A stretch of DNA of 64,000 nt from Candidatus Eiseniibacteriota bacterium (lineage in GTDB: Bacteria > Eisenbacteria > RBG-16-71-46), in NCBI GenBank assembly GCA_963717505.1, contig OY970342.1, positions 3,104,001 to 3,168,000 on the forward strand, read 5' to 3'. The translations under genes and the position numbers were made by a program. This document shows, piece after piece, positions 41,440 through 52,056 of the stretch. The notes under the pieces are model-generated. The model was given only the letters and a program-made list of their open reading frames with translations, made no database searches and was not told the origin of the DNA. The stretch's first letter is position 1; every line of letters begins with the position of its first letter.

Positions 41440-42488
41440 GGGTGCTCGTTCACGGGGACTCGCTCGCGGGAGCACCGCGCATGCGTGCGGCGGCGCATGG
41501 GCTCGCGCAGCGAGGCCACCGCACGTGGTGGCTCGGTCCCGGAGCCGATCAGGCACCCGAAGTCGAACCGGTTCGCGATCTGGCCACGGTGGTGCGCGCG
41601 CATCAACCGGTTGACCTGGTGATCGGAGACGTGTCCCAGCCGTGGCCGACCGCGTGGACCGCCTGGCGGCTGGGGGCCCGGTTGCGCGTGCTGAGCCTGG
41701 AGGGTGCACCCGCGGCGCGCTTTTCGTGGTGGCTGCGATGGGGGCTCGAGAGCGTGAAGACCACGACGATCGGGCCGGCGGGATCCCCGGGATTCGAATG
41801 GCCCGGAGCGCGGCCGCCGGACGCCGCATGGTCGACGGAGCCCGTGCCGAACCCGCCGGATGCTGCGCATCCCGATACCGAGGCGCTCGAGCGCGCCGGT
41901 GAGCGCGGGCTGGCGCTCGACGTCGGCGGTCCGCGCGCCGCCGCGTTTCTCGACCGCGACGGGACGCTGGTCCTCGAGAAGCACCACCTGTCGGATCCGC
42001 GCGAGCTGGAGCTGGTCCCAGGCGCCGTGCCCGGCTTGGCGCTGCTGCACGCGGCCGGGTATGCGCTGATCGTGGTCTCGAATCAATCCGGGGTCGGGCG
42101 TGGCTACTTCACGCTCGCTCGCGCCCACGAGGTCATGGCCCGGCTCAGGCGCGCGCTACGCGTGCACGGGGTGGAGCTCGATGCGGTGTATCTCTGTCCG
42201 CATGCCCCCGACGCCGGGTGCGCCTGCCGCAAGCCGGGCCGGGCGCTCTTCGATGCGGCCGCACGCAACATGAACCTCGTGCTTCGTCGATCGGCGATGT
42301 TCGGCGACAAGCTGATCGACGTCGAGGCCGGTCACGCCGCCGGCGGGTTCGGCGTCCTGGTGCGCACCGGGTACGGCGGAGCCGAGGAAGCGCGTGCCGG
42401 CGAGCTCGCACGGCCGCCGGACCGAATCGCGAACGATCTCGAGAGCGCGGCGGCCTGGTTCGTCGAGCGGGGCGCGGCCCGCGAATAG
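41436..42488 (+). CDS. gmhB: D-glycero-D-manno-heptose 1,7-bisphosphate phosphatase (GmhB) fused to an extra N-terminal domain
   Basis: C-terminal half has FLDRDGT, VSNQSG, CPH...CACRKPG and GDKLIDVEAG; about 165 additional N-terminal residues. Confidence 0.85.
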   Translation: MRVLVHGDSLAGAPRMRAAAHGLAQRGHRTWWLGPGADQAPEVEPVRDLATVVRAHQPVDLVIGDVSQPWPTAWTAWRLGARLRVLSLEGAPAARFSWWLRWGLESVKTTTIGPAGSPGFEWPGARPPDAAWSTEPVPNPPDAAHPDTEALERAGERGLALDVGGPRAAAFLDRDGTLVLEKHHLSDPRELELVPGAVPGLALLHAAGYALIVVSNQSGVGRGYFTLARAHEVMARLRRALRVHGVELDAVYLCPHAPDAGCACRKPGRALFDAAARNMNLVLRRSAMFGDKLIDVEAGHAAGGFGVLVRTGYGGAEEARAGELARPPDRIANDLESAAAWFVERGAARE

Positions 42489-42498
42489 CGGCGGGGCT

Positions 42499-43596
42499 CT
42501 AGTGGTGTCGCTCGAGTCGAACTTCGTACTCGCTGGAGCCGCCCGGGAAGTCGTAGTAGATGTCGTGTCCGGGGACCCGGAGCCACTCCGGTCGCACCCA
42601 GCGGTCGGCGGCCAGGTCCTCGATCCGGGCCGGATAGGTCCCGTGCTCGAGACGGTAGAGATCGAGCGCGTAGCGCAGGTCTCTCAGCTGTGCGGCGACG
42701 AACACGTCGTCGGCCGAGATCGCGGTTGCGCGCCGGAGCCCGAAGCCGATCAGGGCCAGGATCATGATGCCCAGGGCCATGACTCCGGTCACGGCCATCT
42801 CGCTGGCGAACGACCGCTGAACCGGCCGACGCACGGGAACCACGGTCGGGGCGACCCGGACCTCGGCCTGCTCCGGCTCCGGGCCGACATCGCGTCGCCC
42901 GACGACCTCGACCCATTCCATCCTCATGAGGCGATCGATGGCTTCCAGCGTCTCGTAACGCGTGAGCGGAACCTGGGCGACGATCTCGTCGAGGGTCGTG
43001 CGCCCGTCGATCAGGCCGAACAGGTCGCGCTCTTCGTCGGTGAGTGGCTCGGTCGGGTCGGGGAGATCGCGAACGCCCAGGAGCAGCTGCGAGTCGTTGA
43101 GCTGTTCGCCGAAACGCTGCTGCTCGTCGATCCGGCGCGCCGCCTCGATCAGGGCGCCCTCGACTGCGATTTGGACCCGCGCCGGCTGCTCCCAGATCCG
43201 GCGCGATTCGAAGCGATAGGTGCCATCGGTCCACGGCACCGCGAGCGTCACGCGATCGAGGATCTGGCGGTGCAGCAGGTTCTCGAAGTCCTCGGCGTCG
43301 ACGTAGCGTCCGTTGACCAGGATGTCCTCGAGGTCGCGACCGGTCTCCTGCTGCAGCGTCTCGATGCCGCGTCGCTGGTCGGCGGACAGCCGCTGGACCT
43401 TGATCAGGAACTCGAGCAGCGGGTCGCCCGGAGCGAGGCCCGGATCGCGGGTCGAGACGATGCGGCCATCGATCACGTAGATGAGCACGCGCTGCTGGCC
43501 GCGCTCGAGGATCAGGCAGCCGCTCTTCTGCTGCGTGCCGAGCAGCTGGAGGATCTCGCTGGTCGAGAAGTCCGACAGGCTGCCTTGGAGTGCCAT
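42499..43596 (-). CDS. DUF4388 (PatA_N-like) protein with a TM helix and a pseudopilin-like C-terminal domain
   Basis: Starts MALQGSLSDFSTSEILQLLGTQQKSGCL; has WTDGTYRF, IEAARRIDE, LIDGRTTLDEI, a TM helix, then ALDLYRLEHGTYP. SD GAGG upstream. Confidence 0.85.
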   Translation of the reverse strand: MALQGSLSDFSTSEILQLLGTQQKSGCLILERGQQRVLIYVIDGRIVSTRDPGLAPGDPLLEFLIKVQRLSADQRRGIETLQQETGRDLEDILVNGRYVDAEDFENLLHRQILDRVTLAVPWTDGTYRFESRRIWEQPARVQIAVEGALIEAARRIDEQQRFGEQLNDSQLLLGVRDLPDPTEPLTDEERDLFGLIDGRTTLDEIVAQVPLTRYETLEAIDRLMRMEWVEVVGRRDVGPEPEQAEVRVAPTVVPVRRPVQRSFASEMAVTGVMALGIMILALIGFGLRRATAISADDVFVAAQLRDLRYALDLYRLEHGTYPARIEDLAADRWVRPEWLRVPGHDIYYDFPGGSSEYEVRLERHH

Positions 43597-43604
43597 GGAG
43601 CCTC

Positions 43605-45653
43605 TCATGCGGCCTGCCCGACCGAACGCGATGGCCGCGAGCGACGCACCGCCTCCAGGCTTCGCTCGATTTCAGCCCGTTCCCGCCGGGCTTCGCCGAA
43701 GTATCCGAGAATCGACAACGCATAGACCCCGGCCCACGGCAACACGAGCAGCATGAGGCCGGCGCTGCCATGCGGGTACTGGATCCGGGGCTCGTACGAG
43801 AACGGCATGGCGACTCCGGCGGCGAACGTGGCCAGTGCCGCGGTCGCGATCCACAGGCCGAGTGCCCGGAACGTCCGGCGATGGAGGATCAGGCCCAGGC
43901 CGGGGACGGTGGCGGCGAGGGCCGCGCGCCAAACGCGGCGGCGCCGCTGCAGATCGCGCTGCCGGTCGAGCAGCAGGACCTGGATGAACTCGGACGAACC
44001 GGACCGCGATGCCGCCTCGAAGCACTCGCGGCACAGCGGAATCTCGCGGCGGCGCCGCGCGCAGCGGCGGCAGATGACGCGCTGGCAATTGCCGCACAGC
44101 CTCACCGGCATCTTGCGATGGGCCACGAATCCGACCGCGAAGCCGGAGATCGCCGTGACCACGGCCAGGATGCTGAACGGCCACCCGGAGCACTCGATGC
44201 GCGTGCGCCACGCGGGCGGGATCGCGAGCAGTGCGCCCTGCGGGGCCCGATAGCCTTCGAGTGCGGCGCGCAGGCGCATCGGCGCCAGCCAGACGTCGGC
44301 CGGCATCATCGCCTGGCGCGAGCGAAGTGCCCCCGGGTTCATGAGCTCGAAGTCGAGGGCGGTGGCCCGAGCCATCGCTTCCTCGGCCGCCGCGAATTCA
44401 TATCGGTCGGTCAACAGCCGGGCGCGGTTGTAGTGGGGGGCGCCGCTCATCGGATTCGATTGCGAGGCACGAGTCAGCGCATCGAGTGCCTCGTCCGATC
44501 GTCCGAGCAGGCCGAGGACGTTCCCCAGGTTGTTGAGCACGCGATCATCATCGGGCCATGCGGCGAGGGCCTGACGATAGGCCGCTTCGGCACCTTCGAG
44601 ATCGCCGCCCCGCCTCAGCACCCAACCCTGGGCGAAGTGGACGAAGCCGTTGTCGGGGTTGGAGTCGGCCGCCTGGGTGAGGCGAGCCGCAAGCTGCGGC
44701 GAATAGGGTTCGTTCTGCACTCGCAGCACGCCGAACAATGGCTCTCGATCTTCGCGCAGCGGGCTGCCGAGCCGATCGAATTCGCGGATGCACCAGGGCA
44801 TGGCGCCCAGCGATACCGCGAGCAGGATGAACACCGTTCGCTCGCCCCAGCGCAACAGCGGCCACAGCAATCCGAGGAACGCGATCGCCGGCAGGGCGGG
44901 TCCGAGCCCGAGTGCGAAGGGAACGCAGAACACCACCCAGGACCAGAAGATGGCACTGCGCCGGGAGACGCGCTCCGCGAGCATCTCCTGCCAGCGATGG
45001 CGAAGCTCCTGGCCGCGGACCAATGCGATCAGCAGCGCGGTCGCGATCAAACCGAGCAGGACCGCCTGCAGGAACGCGAACAGGCTGTTGGCTTTGAGCG
45101 CGAGCTGAACCGAGAAACTCTGACGCGCGATGTCGACCATCGAGCCAAAATGGGCGATGGCTGGGCCCGGTTCGCGCAGGAGCATCCACATGCCGAGCGT
45201 CATACGCGGATCGATGAACGTCGGGTCGAGCGCGGCGGCGCCGCGTACCAGACGCAACGCTTCGTCGTGCGAGCCCGCCTGTTGGGCCATGATCCCGCGG
45301 CGATAGAAGATGCGCGCCGCGTCGGGGAGCGCCGGGAGCTGCATGCGCTGTTTGTAGTCCAGCCATTCGTCGAGATCGTGGAGTTGCGGGGGCGGGGTCG
45401 GATCGGGAGGAATCCACGCGACCAGAGACTCGGCGGGCGCCGGCATGGCCTCGGTGGGGGTCTCGACCTCGGTGGGTGCACCGTCTGGTGTTACGAATGA
45501 GATTCCGGTGTCGGGTGGGGCGGATTCGGCGCGTGCGTGCGAGATGCCCACCAGGCAGACGAACGCCGCGGAAAGCCCCAAAACGGCGGATCGGGACGCG
45601 AATGCGGCCGAGCTCCGCGCGCGGGTGCGCCTGGTTTTCCGGAATGGGTACAC
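43605..45653 (-). CDS. Polytopic membrane protein with TPR repeats and a Cys-rich zinc finger
   Basis: Signal peptide, TPR motifs ([16 protein letters not shown]), about 8 TM segments, CGNC-x4-CRRC-x9-CREC. Confidence 0.8.
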   Translation of the reverse strand: MYPFRKTRRTRARSSAAFASRSAVLGLSAAFVCLVGISHARAESAPPDTGISFVTPDGAPTEVETPTEAMPAPAESLVAWIPPDPTPPPQLHDLDEWLDYKQRMQLPALPDAARIFYRRGIMAQQAGSHDEALRLVRGAAALDPTFIDPRMTLGMWMLLREPGPAIAHFGSMVDIARQSFSVQLALKANSLFAFLQAVLLGLIATALLIALVRGQELRHRWQEMLAERVSRRSAIFWSWVVFCVPFALGLGPALPAIAFLGLLWPLLRWGERTVFILLAVSLGAMPWCIREFDRLGSPLREDREPLFGVLRVQNEPYSPQLAARLTQAADSNPDNGFVHFAQGWVLRRGGDLEGAEAAYRQALAAWPDDDRVLNNLGNVLGLLGRSDEALDALTRASQSNPMSGAPHYNRARLLTDRYEFAAAEEAMARATALDFELMNPGALRSRQAMMPADVWLAPMRLRAALEGYRAPQGALLAIPPAWRTRIECSGWPFSILAVVTAISGFAVGFVAHRKMPVRLCGNCQRVICRRCARRRREIPLCRECFEAASRSGSSEFIQVLLLDRQRDLQRRRRVWRAALAATVPGLGLILHRRTFRALGLWIATAALATFAAGVAMPFSYEPRIQYPHGSAGLMLLVLPWAGVYALSILGYFGEARRERAEIERSLEAVRRSRPSRSVGQAA

Positions 45654-45668
45654 GAGAAGTGCAACCCC

Positions 45669-45698
45669 TTGACAGTGCGTGCGCTACGCTTCTAGGGT
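45669..45698 (+). promoter_or_regulatory. Putative sigma70 promoter TTGACA-N18-TAGGGT for asnS
   Basis: In the divergent intergenic region. Confidence 0.6.
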
Positions 45699-45790
45699 GC
45701 GGTGTTTCCCATTCCGTTATCGGCTCGCGGACGCAGCGCCTGAGCAGCGTTTTCCGGCCGATCTTGCGGCCTCGGAGGGCCTTCTCGAGC

Positions 45791-47104
<1,314 letters not shown>

Positions 47105-47148
47105 ACGCCGCGCGATTCGGCGATGCCGACTGGGAACCTTGCAAGCGC

Positions 47149-47177
47149 TTGACAGCACCGGAGCCGGTCCCTACCGT
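47149..47177 (+). promoter_or_regulatory. Putative sigma70 promoter P1, TTGACA-N17-TACCGT
   Basis: Read directly upstream of GTG 47223. Confidence 0.6.
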
Positions 47178-47222
47178 CGTCGGACTTCTGTGGCCAGCGA
47201 ACCGGACCGGAGCGGGAGCGGG

Positions 47223-48218
47223 GTGATTGACAGCACGCGATCGGGGTTTCTAGACTCGACTCGCTTCGTTTTCCGGGAAGCCATTGGGCATCTTGGCGTT
47301 GGGGCATGTGGCGTTGCCGCGCTCTGCCTCGTCGGCTGTGCTCCCGAGCCGACCCCGCGTCCCGTGGAAGACTCGATCACCAGCGGGCGTATTCGTGTCG
47401 TGTCCGCAGCAGAGGCGTTCGACGTCGTGCAACGGGTGGCGGAGGACTTCATGAGCCGTTATCCCGAGGCCATGATTTCCGTGGATCGCAGGACCTCCAG
47501 ACAGGCAGTTCAGGCACTGTTCGCAGCGGAATGCGATCTGGCGATCCTGAGCCGCGAGTTGGACCCGGACGAACGGCGCGCGGCGACGGAGGGTGGGCTG
47601 GAAGTGGAAGGGTACCGATTCGCCCGGGGCGGGCTGGTGTTTCTGGTTCACGAAACCAACCCGGTTCAGAATCTGGCTCTCGAAGATGTGCGGCGCATCT
47701 ACCGTGGTGAATGGCGGGACTGGCAGGAGACCGGGGGGGGCCGGGGCCGAATCGTACCGGTGATCCAGGAGTTGAATTCCGACGTGACCGAGGCCTTTCT
47801 CGAGCGGGTGATGATGGGCGAGCCGATTCGCGCGGCGGTGCGGACCGTGCCGTCGGACTCGGCGGCGGTGGCGGCCGTGCAGGCGGATGCCGGCGCGATC
47901 GCATTCGTGGGTCTTGCTGCACCGCGAGGCACCACTCGGGCGCTCCGCCTGGCGAACCTGCGAGGACTGCCCTACGTGTTGCCCGATCCCGAAGCGATCC
48001 ACGGCGACCAGTACCCGCTGAGCCTCGCGTTCTACGCCTACACTCGGGCCGAAGGCGCTCGGCTGGCGAATGGCTTCATCACGCACCTGACCAGCATGGA
48101 GGGGCAGCGCCTGGTTCGGGACCTGGCGCTGGTGCCGGCCAATGTTCCGGTGCGTTTCGTGCGTCGCTCCCCCATGCTGAGCACTCATTCGAGAGGAGAC
48201 TCGACAAACACGCCATGA
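47223..48218 (+). CDS. PstS-like (PBP_like_2) substrate-binding lipoprotein
   Basis: Lipobox LVG/C, LAILSRELD, FLVHETNPVQNL...VRRIYRGE..DW, YPL, GFITHLTSMEGQRLV. Start at GTG 47223 after GGAG is uncertain. Confidence 0.8.
   Translation: MIDSTRSGFLDSTRFVFREAIGHLGVGACGVAALCLVGCAPEPTPRPVEDSITSGRIRVVSAAEAFDVVQRVAEDFMSRYPEAMISVDRRTSRQAVQALFAAECDLAILSRELDPDERRAATEGGLEVEGYRFARGGLVFLVHETNPVQNLALEDVRRIYRGEWRDWQETGGGRGRIVPVIQELNSDVTEAFLERVMMGEPIRAAVRTVPSDSAAVAAVQADAGAIAFVGLAAPRGTTRALRLANLRGLPYVLPDPEAIHGDQYPLSLAFYAYTRAEGARLANGFITHLTSMEGQRLVRDLALVPANVPVRFVRRSPMLSTHSRGDSTNTP
47227..47256 (+). promoter_or_regulatory. Putative sigma70 promoter P2, TTGACA-N18-TAGACT
   Basis: Shares TTGACAGCAC with P1, 78 bp downstream. 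Confidence 0.6.
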
Positions 48219-49993
48219 AGAACCTGAACGGCATTCGACGAATCTCGCGCCTCGGCGCGGTCGCATGCGTGCTGGCCGTGGCCGTGACGCCCGTCGCCTG
48301 GGCGGACGACATCAAGGACGGCAACCGCGCCCTGCAGGAGGGGCGGCTGGACGATGCGTTGCAGCTATTCGAGAAGGCCGCGAATCAGGGGCTGGCCGAA
48401 GGGCGTTCCGGAGTGGGCAAGGTCTGGCTGCGGAGGCGCCAGTATCCCAAGGCGATCGAATCCTTCAAGCTGACCCAGAAGATGGATCCCAATCTGGCGT
48501 GGGGATACTACGGGGAAGGCGAGGCGCTCAAGCGCCTGGAGCGCTGCCCGGATGCGTTGCCGCTGCTCCAGCGCGCCACCGACATCGACCGCAAGTTCCC
48601 CGAGGCGCAGCTGGCGCTGGGCGAGTGCCTGGTGTCCGCCGGAAAGCACACCCAGGCGGTCGAGGCGCTGAACAAAGGCCTCAACTGGGGCCCGAAATGG
48701 CGGCCGCGATTCCTGGTCGCCCTGGGCGATGCCGAACTGGCGCGCGACTCGCTGCGCGACGCCGGCATCTGGTACACGAAGGCGCGCGAGGAAGCGCCCG
48801 AGGATCCGGCACCCCGGCGCGCGCTCGGCGACTTCTACATGGCGCGCGGCACCTTTGTTTTGGCGGTGCCCGAATACCAGGCGGCGATCGAGAAGGACAG
48901 CACCGACATCGACCTCCGATTCCGGCTCGGCCGGGCGCTGTTCTACGCCGAGCGCTACAACGAAGCGCTCGCCGCCTACCAGGATGTCGTGGCCCGGGAC
49001 CCCGAGTTCGCTCCCGGTCAGCTGGCGCTCGGCGACCTCTATTTCCGCTCCGCACAGGCCGACCCGCGCCGCTATGCGGACGCTCGGCCCTACCTCGAGA
49101 AGTACGTCCAGATGCGGCCGGACGATGGCAAAGGGTGGAGTCTGCTGGGTCGCGTCCTCTACCACCTCAAGGAGACCGACAAGGCGCTGGAAGCCATGAA
49201 TCGGGGCGAGGCGCTCGGTGACAAGTCAAAGGACATGTACCGGTCGCGGTTCCGTGTCTACGTGGACAAGAAGGAGTACGACAAGGCGATCGCGGACTAC
49301 GAGCGGGCCGACCCGGAGCCGGACGACCAGCTGCGCATGGCCCAGGTGCTGGTCATCCAGAAGCAGCCGGCCCGTGCGGAGTCGCTGTACCGGTCGATGA
49401 TCGCGACCGATTCGACCTCGCGCCACGCGAAATTCGCCCTCAACGAGCTGGGCAAGATGAGGTTTCGCGAGAAGGACTACGAAGGGGCGATCGCCTACTT
49501 CCAGCGACGAATCGCGCTTGACCCCCAGAACGACGAGGCTTACTACTATATAGGCTTGTCACACAAAGAGATGAAGCGATACCCGGAGGCATTGACCGCC
49601 CTGCGTCAGGCATCGAGCCTGGCGCCGGACAAGGTGGACCGGCGCTTCTGGCTCGGAATCATGTACGCGCAGGTGGACTCGATTCCGCAGGCGCGGCGGG
49701 AGTTCATCCAGGTCACGCAACAGGATTCGCTCGGGAGCAACAAGACCACCGGCGTCGCGTTCCGGCAACTGGGGTTCTACCTCTTGCTCGACAAGGAATA
49801 CGCGGAGGCGGTGCGAATGCTGGATCGGGCGGTCACCATCGATCCCAAGGACGTGCAGGCGTGGGTCTGGCACGGCCAGGGCTGGCAGAATTCGGGGAAC
49901 CGTGCCAAGGCCTGTGAGTCGTACAAACGCGCGCTCGAACTGGATCCGGCCCAGCCGGACGCATTGAACGGCAAGAAGGTGCTCGGCTGTTAG
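48215..49993 (+). CDS. Exported multi-TPR protein of about 590 aa
   Basis: ATG overlaps the upstream stop; signal peptide ending AWA/DD; continuous TPR-like repeats to the C-terminus. Confidence 0.9.
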   Translation: MKNLNGIRRISRLGAVACVLAVAVTPVAWADDIKDGNRALQEGRLDDALQLFEKAANQGLAEGRSGVGKVWLRRRQYPKAIESFKLTQKMDPNLAWGYYGEGEALKRLERCPDALPLLQRATDIDRKFPEAQLALGECLVSAGKHTQAVEALNKGLNWGPKWRPRFLVALGDAELARDSLRDAGIWYTKAREEAPEDPAPRRALGDFYMARGTFVLAVPEYQAAIEKDSTDIDLRFRLGRALFYAERYNEALAAYQDVVARDPEFAPGQLALGDLYFRSAQADPRRYADARPYLEKYVQMRPDDGKGWSLLGRVLYHLKETDKALEAMNRGEALGDKSKDMYRSRFRVYVDKKEYDKAIADYERADPEPDDQLRMAQVLVIQKQPARAESLYRSMIATDSTSRHAKFALNELGKMRFREKDYEGAIAYFQRRIALDPQNDEAYYYIGLSHKEMKRYPEALTALRQASSLAPDKVDRRFWLGIMYAQVDSIPQARREFIQVTQQDSLGSNKTTGVAFRQLGFYLLLDKEYAEAVRMLDRAVTIDPKDVQAWVWHGQGWQNSGNRAKACESYKRALELDPAQPDALNGKKVLGC

Positions 49994-50015
49994 CCGGGGG
50001 GAAGAGGACGCCACT

Positions 50016-50363
50016 ATGAAGCAACGCCAGGTGGGCAACATCGCCGTGCTGACCCCCAAGGGGTATCTGGCCGGCGGCGACGAGACCGACGAACTCGAAC
50101 AGGCGATCAAGGCGCTCGGCGAGGGCGGCAACCGGAATCTCGTGATCAACCTGAGCGAAACGCAGCACCTGAACTCGACCGCGCTCGGCGTGCTCATCTC
50201 GGCGCACTCGAACTACGTCAAGCGCGGCGGACAGGTGAAATTGTGCAACGTCGACAAGCGGATCGAGAACATCTTCGTGATCACCAAGCTGTCGATGGTG
50301 TTCGACGTCTATCCGACGGAAGAGCAGGCGATGGCCAGTTTCGCCGAGCGCGAGTCGGTCTGA
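50016..50363 (+). CDS. STAS domain protein (anti-sigma-factor antagonist-like) 1
   Basis: PKGYL.GGDETDEL, VINLS...LNSTALGVL, KLC, IFVITKL..VFDVY.TEEQA. Confidence 0.9.
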   Translation: MKQRQVGNIAVLTPKGYLAGGDETDELEQAIKALGEGGNRNLVINLSETQHLNSTALGVLISAHSNYVKRGGQVKLCNVDKRIENIFVITKLSMVFDVYPTEEQAMASFAERESV

Positions 50364-50392
50364 CGGTCCCTCAGGAAACGGAGACAGGCGCA

Positions 50393-50734
50393 ATGGCGAT
50401 TCGACGCCGGCAGGTGCAGTCGATCGTGGTGCTGTACCCGAAGGGCAGCTACTTCGGGGGCGACGAAACCGATGAGCTGCAAAAGGCCATCATGGACGAG
50501 GCGACCGGCGGCAACCGGCACCTGGTGCTGAACATGTCGGAGTGCACCGCGCTCAATTCGACCGCGATCGGGGCGATCATGCGCGGGTACACGAACTACA
50601 AGGGCCGATCGGGGGAAATCAAGTTGTGCGGCTTGGGCAAGCGGCTGCACGACCTATTCGTCATGACCAAGTTGATCATGGTGTTCGATCATCACGACAC
50701 GGAGGAGCAGGCGATCGCGGCTTTTGCCGCGTGA
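50393..50734 (+). CDS. STAS domain protein (anti-sigma-factor antagonist-like) 2
   Basis: PKGSYFGGDETDEL, VLNMS...LNSTAIGAI, LFVMTKLIMVFD..DTEEQA; paralog of the preceding gene. Confidence 0.9.
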   Translation: MAIRRRQVQSIVVLYPKGSYFGGDETDELQKAIMDEATGGNRHLVLNMSECTALNSTAIGAIMRGYTNYKGRSGEIKLCGLGKRLHDLFVMTKLIMVFDHHDTEEQAIAAFAA

Positions 50735-50790
50735 CCATGACCCCCGGCTCCGCGTGACCCGCGGCCCGGGATCAGGAGGAACTTAGGAAC

Positions 50791-51531
50791 ATGAATCGTT
50801 TCATCGTCCCCATCGGCTTCGTGCTTGCGGCGGTCATCTCGTTCGCCATCTGGTTCAATCTGCCGGCTCTAGGTGATTTCGGCGAGCAGATGTTCCAAGG
50901 CGGACCCCTGGTCGCGGCGCTCATCATGCTGACCATCCTGCAGACGTCGTTCATCTTCGAGCGCCTGTGGAGCCTGCGCAAAGCGCAGGGCCGCGGACCG
51001 CTGCCGCAGTTCCTCAACAACGTCCGTAAGCGCCTCCACGCCGGCGACGTCGAAGGCGCGATCAAGGCGTGTGCGCAGCAGCGCGGTTCCGCGGCCAACG
51101 TGATTCGCGCCGGCCTCGAACGCTACATGTCGCTGCGTGCCGAAGGTGCCCCGAAGGAGAAGATCGTGGCCGAAACCCAGGCCGCGATTCAGGAGGCCAA
51201 CGGCCTGGAAGTGCCGCTGCTCGAGCGCAACCTGATCGCTCTGTCGACCATCGCTTCGATCGCCACCATGGTCGGTCTGCTCGGAACGGTCATCGGGATG
51301 ATCCGTTCGTTCGCCGCCCTGGGCCACACCGGCGCCGTCGACGCGAGCAAGTTGGCGATCGGTATCTCCGAGGCGCTGATCAACACCGCCGGCGGATTGT
51401 TCGTGGCGATCGCCGGCATCGTCGCCTACAACGTGTTCGTGACCCGGGTCGACGGCTTCAACTACATGATGGACGAGGCCTCGTACGAAGCCGTGCAGCT
51501 GCTGGCGGCGTCGGCGTCCGAGCGCGGCTAA
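50791..51531 (+). CDS. exbB: MotA/TolQ/ExbB proton channel protein
   Basis: QGG, IFERL, LSTIASIATMVGLLGTVIGMI, GISEALINTAGG; strong SD AGGAGG. Confidence 0.93.
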   Translation: MNRFIVPIGFVLAAVISFAIWFNLPALGDFGEQMFQGGPLVAALIMLTILQTSFIFERLWSLRKAQGRGPLPQFLNNVRKRLHAGDVEGAIKACAQQRGSAANVIRAGLERYMSLRAEGAPKEKIVAETQAAIQEANGLEVPLLERNLIALSTIASIATMVGLLGTVIGMIRSFAALGHTGAVDASKLAIGISEALINTAGGLFVAIAGIVAYNVFVTRVDGFNYMMDEASYEAVQLLAASASERG

Positions 51532-51543
51532 GGGAGCCGGGAA

Positions 51544-52035
51544 ATGCTCAAGAAGAAACGCCGCATCGGGATCGCGATCGACATGACGCCGATGGTCGAT
51601 GTCGCGTTCCTGTTGCTCATCTTCTTCATGTGCACGACGCAGTTCAAGCCACCGGAGAAGGACAAGATCACGCTGCCAGAGTCGAACTCCGAGGCGAAAT
51701 CACCCGAGTCGGACATCATCACGATCGCGGTCACCCCGCGAAAGCCGGAATATGGCAACCAGTCCGGGGTGACGGTGATCTACCGCCGGGGCGGGGAGGA
51801 AGTCCATCAGGCGATCGCCGCCGACCAGGTGCGCGACGTCATGGCCAGCGTGCTGTCCACGGCGCGGGCGTCGAATCCTGCGGCGCGAATCATCGTCAAG
51901 ATGGACAAGGACGCGCCGTATGGGGTGATGGCGGACCTGATGCCGGCCCTGCAGGCGGCCAAGGCATCGCGTTTCAACGTGCAGACGGACCTCGAAGGCA
52001 AAGGCGGCATGTTCGGCGCCAAGCCGGAGCACTGA
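51544..52035 (+). CDS. exbD: ExbD/TolR family protein 1
   Basis: IDMTPMVDVAFLLLIFFM (essential Asp present), KMDKDAPYG. Confidence 0.92.
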   Translation: MLKKKRRIGIAIDMTPMVDVAFLLLIFFMCTTQFKPPEKDKITLPESNSEAKSPESDIITIAVTPRKPEYGNQSGVTVIYRRGGEEVHQAIAADQVRDVMASVLSTARASNPAARIIVKMDKDAPYGVMADLMPALQAAKASRFNVQTDLEGKGGMFGAKPEH

Positions 52036-52056
52036 ACAGCGAGGAGGTGAGCAGTC

